From Vicinamibacteria bacterium (GTDB lineage Bacteria > Acidobacteriota > Vicinamibacteria > Marinacidobacterales > Marinacidobacteraceae): a stretch of DNA of 64,000 nucleotides. Every line of letters begins with the position of its first letter. The first letter of the stretch is position 1. This document shows, piece after piece, positions 59,547 to 64,000 of this stretch. Under the pieces are notes generated by a model that searched no databases, had not been told where the DNA came from, and worked only from the letters and a program-made list of their open reading frames with translations. The stretch is from the NCBI GenBank assembly GCA_963668695.2, contig CAXXLQ010000004.1, forward strand, positions 1,504,001 through 1,568,000, read 5' to 3'. A program made the translations under genes and the position numbers.

Positions 59547-61496
59547 ATGGCGAACTCATCCGGCAGTTCCCGCGAGTTCACGCTCCGGGCTGTTCTCCTC
59601 GGCCTGTTCATGGCCGTGGTGCTAGGGGCGGCGAACGCCTATCTCGGCATCCGCGCCGGCCAGACGGTCGCCGCGACCTTCCCGGCCGCGGTGGTCTCCA
59701 TGGTCGTTATCCGGGGGCTCTTCAAGGGGGGCACCCTCCTCGAAGAGAACATCGCCCGGACCACCGCCTCGGTGGGAGAGGCGCTGGCCGCCGGGGCCAT
59801 CTTCACGCTTCCGGCGTTCCTGATGGCGGGGGCGTGGGAGGAGTTCCACTACCTCGAGAGCACCCTGCTGATGCTGGTCGGCGGGCTGCTCGGCATCCTC
59901 TTCGTCGTCATCCTCCGGCGGAGCATGGTCAACGACCCCGAGCTGCCGTTCCCCGAGTCGGTCGCCGCCGCCGAGATCCACCGCGCCGGCAAGGGAGCGA
60001 GCGGCGGGCGGCTGCTCTTCCAGATGATGGGGGTCGGCGCCCTGATCGAGGTGTTCAAGAACTCGAAGGGGATCCAGCTCTTCACCGACCGGATCGCCGG
60101 GGCCTTCGGCTACGGCACCTTCCAGGGGTCGGTCTCGGTCGGCGGCCAGTCCTTCGGTGCCGCGGCGCAGCCCGGAGTGCTCCCCTTTTCCACTCCGTCG
60201 GCTTCGCCCGCCTACCTGGGCGTGGGCTACATCATCGGCTTCCGGCTGGCGGCGCTCACCTTCTCGGGAGGGGTCTTCGCCTGGTGGTTCATGATCCCGG
60301 CGGTCCTCTTCTTCAATCCCGAGTTCGCAGATGCGAACCGGTTGGCGGCGGCGGGAGCCGATTGGAGCGCGGTCAGCAGCGTCATCTGGGCGGAGCTCGT
60401 GCGGCCGATCGCGGTGGGGGCGATGATCGCCGGTGCGGTCTGGACCCTGCTCCGGATGCGGAAGTCGCTCGGCGAGGGGCTCCGCCGCTCCTTCGTCGAA
60501 ATCCGGACCGGCCACCCGGCCGGCTCGGGCGATGAGAAGGACCGCGACATTCCCTTCAGTTGGACCACCGCGGGCGTGGTCGCCCTCGTCATCCCGACCT
60601 TCTTCCTCTACAACTACTACACGGGCCAGGCGCTCGGAGCGCTCGGCTCCGCGATCGTGATGATCATCGCCGGGTTCTTCTTCTCGGCGGTCGCCGGCTA
60701 TCTGGTCGGCGTGATCGGGAGTTCCTCGAACCCGGTCTCCGGCCTGACCATCTCGACGCTGCTGCTGGCCGCCTTGTTGATGACCTTCCTCGGCGTCACC
60801 GGCATGCAGGGGGTGACGGCGGTGCTCGGGGTGGCCGCGGTGGTCTGCTGCGCCTGCGCGGTCGCCGGGGACATGCTCCAGGATCTCAAAGTGGGTCAGA
60901 TCCTCGGGGGCACCCCGTTCCGCATGGAATGGGCCGAGATCATCGGGGTGATCTTCGCCTCGTTCTTCCTCGTCCTCCCCATGATGCTCCTCCACCAGGG
61001 AGACATCGCGTCGGGCGGAATCGGGATTGGAGGCGAAGAGCTGCCCGCGCCCCAGGCGGGCCTGATGGCGCTCCTGTCCCAGGGCATCGTGGGCGGCGAC
61101 ATGCGCTGGCCGCTCGTGGTCTTCGGGATCGCGCTCTGTTTCTTCCTGATCCTGATTCAGGCGCCCTCCCCGATGCTCATCGCGGTGGGGATGTACCTGC
61201 CTCTCCAAACCACCTTCGCCATCTTCGTGGGTGGCTTCTTCCGCTGGGTGACCGATCAGCGGATGGCGTCGCTGCCGGCGGAACGGCGGTCCCTTGGGGA
61301 GAGTGCCGGGACGCTGATCGCGTCCGGACTCATCGCCGGGGAGGCGCTGATGGGGGTGGCGCTAGCCGGATTCGCGGTATGGGACTTCCAGCTTCCGGTG
61401 CTGGTGCCCGCGCCGTCCGGGGTGCCGGGATTCCTGGTGTTCGTGGTTCTCGGCTGGTTCCTGATCCGGATTCCGCTGCGCCACGCCCGGGGGTAG
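59547..61496 (+). CDS. Oligopeptide transporter, OPT family
   Basis: EFTLRA, ENIART, LPFPE, GSSSNPVSG, LQDLKVG, PAPQA, SGLIAGE. Confidence 0.93.
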   Translation: MANSSGSSREFTLRAVLLGLFMAVVLGAANAYLGIRAGQTVAATFPAAVVSMVVIRGLFKGGTLLEENIARTTASVGEALAAGAIFTLPAFLMAGAWEEFHYLESTLLMLVGGLLGILFVVILRRSMVNDPELPFPESVAAAEIHRAGKGASGGRLLFQMMGVGALIEVFKNSKGIQLFTDRIAGAFGYGTFQGSVSVGGQSFGAAAQPGVLPFSTPSASPAYLGVGYIIGFRLAALTFSGGVFAWWFMIPAVLFFNPEFADANRLAAAGADWSAVSSVIWAELVRPIAVGAMIAGAVWTLLRMRKSLGEGLRRSFVEIRTGHPAGSGDEKDRDIPFSWTTAGVVALVIPTFFLYNYYTGQALGALGSAIVMIIAGFFFSAVAGYLVGVIGSSSNPVSGLTISTLLLAALLMTFLGVTGMQGVTAVLGVAAVVCCACAVAGDMLQDLKVGQILGGTPFRMEWAEIIGVIFASFFLVLPMMLLHQGDIASGGIGIGGEELPAPQAGLMALLSQGIVGGDMRWPLVVFGIALCFFLILIQAPSPMLIAVGMYLPLQTTFAIFVGGFFRWVTDQRMASLPAERRSLGESAGTLIASGLIAGEALMGVALAGFAVWDFQLPVLVPAPSGVPGFLVFVVLGWFLIRIPLRHARG

Positions 61497-61651
61497 AGCA
61501 ACAGTGGCCAAGGCCCCAAGGGCATGATCTGACGCGACGATCGGAACCCAAGAGTAGTGTCCGTTGCCAGGGTCCGTTGTGTGCCCCTGACCTTCATCTC
61601 AGGGCGATAGCGGTATCGCCTCCATCTCCAGCACAAAGGGAACAAGACCAA

Positions 61652-61870
61652 ATGAAAGTAAGTATCAAACAGTTCAATGTAGAAATGGATGTCAAGACAA
61701 AGGGGATCGAATTCGAGGTAAGAACCCCAAAAGGGGAGCACTTGGGGGATTTGGTGCTGACCAAGACCCGATTGGAGTGGCACACCGGGAAGGCACAGAG
61801 CGGCCCTCAAGTTGACTGGAAAGACTTCATTGGATGGATGGAACAAGCTGACGCGGAATCCAAGAAGTGA
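61652..61870 (+). CDS. Small hypothetical protein in a low-GC segment
   Basis: 72 aa MKVSIKQFNVEMDVKTKGIEFEV..HLGDLVLTK..WKDFIGWM. Confidence 0.7.
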   Translation: MKVSIKQFNVEMDVKTKGIEFEVRTPKGEHLGDLVLTKTRLEWHTGKAQSGPQVDWKDFIGWMEQADAESKK

Positions 61871-61969
61871 GTAGCGCGGCACGCGTCCCGGGCGGATGGG
61901 CCTTGCGGTCGGGTTACAAGGGGGCCGGAACGCGGCGCGACCCGCCGCCGATTGTGGACTCCCGGCGGC

Positions 61970-62098
61970 GGTACGCACCACGATTGCCGCGATGCGGCGG
62001 GCGGTGTCCGTGAAGCGTTGGAGCTCTTCGGGGTCGATGGGCCGTTTGAGGACCGAACTCCCGCGATAGGAGAGCCACTTCTTTAGGACCTGGTAGTC
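61970..62098 (-). pseudogene. C-terminal remnant of a Type ISP restriction-modification enzyme
   Basis: YQVLKKWLSYR..LKRP..EELQRFTDTARRIAAI with no upstream gene body. Confidence 0.7.
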
Positions 62099-62248
62099 AC
62101 GTTTGTCCTCGATGGGATTGGCTCACGGTTCCGATTCCCATACGGTACGCGCCCGACCAGATGAGAACCGTGTCCCCGACGACAAATCGCGCCGTTCCTC
62201 CCGCGCTTACCCACATTCGGACATGGGTCGGTCGCCCGTGAAACTACT

Positions 62249-64000
62249 GTGAAGATTTCAGACATTCTCTCAAGCATTGACGTTGGCACGTTGACTCTGC
62301 CGCAGTTCCAGCGCGGGTTCGTGTGGAACCGGGATCAGGTCCGCGCTCTCTTTTCATCGCTTTACCGCCGCCATCCGGTGGGTGGCATGCTCGTGTGGGT
62401 CACCGGACCGGAGACGGCAGCCCATCGCGGGGGTCAGGAGCTTCCGCCCGGAGCCGTCAAGCTGCTCCTTGATGGGCAGCAGCGCCTTACGACGCTCTAC
62501 GGCGTTCTGCGGGGCAAGCCGCCGCCGTTTTTTGATGGGGATGAACGGACGTTCACCGGACTCATGTTCCATCTTGGAGATGAGGTCTTTCAGTTCCGCC
62601 AGCCGGTCAAGATGCGCGATGACCCCCGTTGGGTCGACGTGACAGCGCTTATGACCGCTGGGGTCGAAGGCCTCTACCCACTTCTCCAACGTGCGGTTCC
62701 CGACGTGTCCCAGTGGGGGGACGCGCACCCGAAGCTCACCCGTCTTCTGGGCATCACCGAGATCGAGTTGCCGCAACAGGACCTCGTTGGAGAGGTCATG
62801 ACGCTGGAGATTGTGGTGGACATCTTCAATCGAGTGAACACCGGCGGCACGAAGCTGTCCAAGGGTGACCTCGCGCTCTCCCGCATCTGCGCCGACTGGC
62901 CGGATGCCCGCGACGTGATGAAGCAGCATCTGGCCGAATGGGGGAAGCACGGCTACGACTTCAGCTTGGACTGGTTGCTCCGGTGCGTGAACACGGTCCT
63001 TACTGGCGAGGCTGAGTTCCGCTTTCTGCACGACGTGGAATCCGACGACATCCGAGGAGGGTTGACGCGAGCGTCGAAGCAGATCGAGAAGGCCCTGAAC
63101 CTGATCGCCGCCAAGACGGGACTGGATCACGCGCGGGTCCTGTTCGGCGGTTTCGCTTTCCCGGTGATCGCGCGCTACCTCGACAGCAACGGCGGTGCGC
63201 TCTCGCCCCGCGATGAGGGCAAACTGCTCTTCTGGTACCTGCAGGCGGGAATGTGGGGACGCTTTTCCGGCTCGACCGAGACGAGGATCAACGAAGACAT
63301 CCACGCCGTCGAAAACGGCGGGCTCGACGGTCTCCTCGAGAAGCTGCGGGTATGGCGGGGAGGGTTTGAGGTCGAGCCTGAGCACTTCGACGCTTCTACG
63401 ATTGGGGCCCGGTTCTATCCGGTGCTCTACTTCCTGACGCGGATGGGTGAGGCGCGAGACCTCTGCAGCGGGCTGCCGCTCAAGAAGGGAATGCTCGGCA
63501 AGATGGCGAGCCTCGAAGTCCACCACATCTTTCCGAAGAAGGTGCTCCGGGAGGCGGACTACGATCGACGGCAGATCAACGCCCTCGCGAACTTCTGCTT
63601 CCTTACGAAGGACTGCAATCTCCACTTGGCGGCACAAGCGCCCGAGGACTACTTCCCCCGCATCGCCGCCGAACAACCCGGCGCTCTCGAATCGCAGTGG
63701 ATCCCGATGGACCGTCGGCTCTGGACGGTGGACCGCTTCCCGGAGTTCCTCGCGGCACGGCGGAAGCTGCTGGCCGAGGCGGCGAACGTTCATCTCGCGA
63801 GCTTTGTGGAGGGAGATGACCGCTGGGGAGCGGCGCAGATCGCGCGAGCCCCTGCGCCAGTACCCCCACCGCCGGGCGGGATCACGTCCGAAGATGAGCG
63901 GGAAGCACTCGACGAATTGCGAGCGTGGATGCGACTCCAGAAGCTCCCCGAGGGCGAGCTTTCTTGGGATCTCGCCGACGAGACAACCGGAGAACAGCTC
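62249..64000 (+). CDS. DUF262 (GmrSD-like) protein with HNH-like domain, 3' partial
   Basis: LPQFQRGFVW, LLDGQQRLT, FNRVNTGG, EVHHIFP, ALANFC; runs off the window, so absent from the ORF track. Confidence 0.9.
   Translation, partial: MKISDILSSIDVGTLTLPQFQRGFVWNRDQVRALFSSLYRRHPVGGMLVWVTGPETAAHRGGQELPPGAVKLLLDGQQRLTTLYGVLRGKPPPFFDGDERTFTGLMFHLGDEVFQFRQPVKMRDDPRWVDVTALMTAGVEGLYPLLQRAVPDVSQWGDAHPKLTRLLGITEIELPQQDLVGEVMTLEIVVDIFNRVNTGGTKLSKGDLALSRICADWPDARDVMKQHLAEWGKHGYDFSLDWLLRCVNTVLTGEAEFRFLHDVESDDIRGGLTRASKQIEKALNLIAAKTGLDHARVLFGGFAFPVIARYLDSNGGALSPRDEGKLLFWYLQAGMWGRFSGSTETRINEDIHAVENGGLDGLLEKLRVWRGGFEVEPEHFDASTIGARFYPVLYFLTRMGEARDLCSGLPLKKGMLGKMASLEVHHIFPKKVLREADYDRRQINALANFCFLTKDCNLHLAAQAPEDYFPRIAAEQPGALESQWIPMDRRLWTVDRFPEFLAARRKLLAEAANVHLASFVEGDDRWGAAQIARAPAPVPPPPGGITSEDEREALDELRAWMRLQKLPEGELSWDLADETTGEQL

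Noticed and set aside
62354-63793. 479-aa minus-strand ORF
   Set aside because: Antisense shadow of the DUF262 gene

Overview
GC-rich bacterial chromosomal window, probably Acidobacteriota (inferred from an Acidobacterial-type VWA protein, a sulfatase-TPR lipoprotein, an Oar-like TonB-dependent receptor and a TPR/FG-GAP/ASPIC-UnbV protein). Housekeeping and transport genes (MacAB-like ABC, Dcp peptidase, ALDH7, Gld-like ABC, dgt, mog, dksA-like, nuoL-nuoM, atpZ-I-B-E, mtnA, tsaD, OPT) are interleaved with at least seven toxin-antitoxin modules, three of them decayed, and with defence-type genes (two AAA+/DUF4143, a TM0106 nuclease-helicase, a partial DUF262, a Type ISP remnant). Main findings: (1) a fused RuBisCO-like protein-cupin in an operon with mtnA, suggesting a one-polypeptide MTA-isoprenoid shunt; (2) both AAA+/DUF4143 genes have 3-4 paralog-specific direct repeats at 22-23 bp spacing over their promoters; (3) a modular MITE family (about 12 copies, YTAG-type targets, often at stop codons) with co-varying ends and a swappable 20-bp module; (4) a candidate HEPN fused to an Hsp70-like domain; (5) an abiEii toxin inactivated by a perfect 14-bp duplication. 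No rRNA, tRNA or CRISPR array was seen. All product calls come from motif recognition, not database searches.
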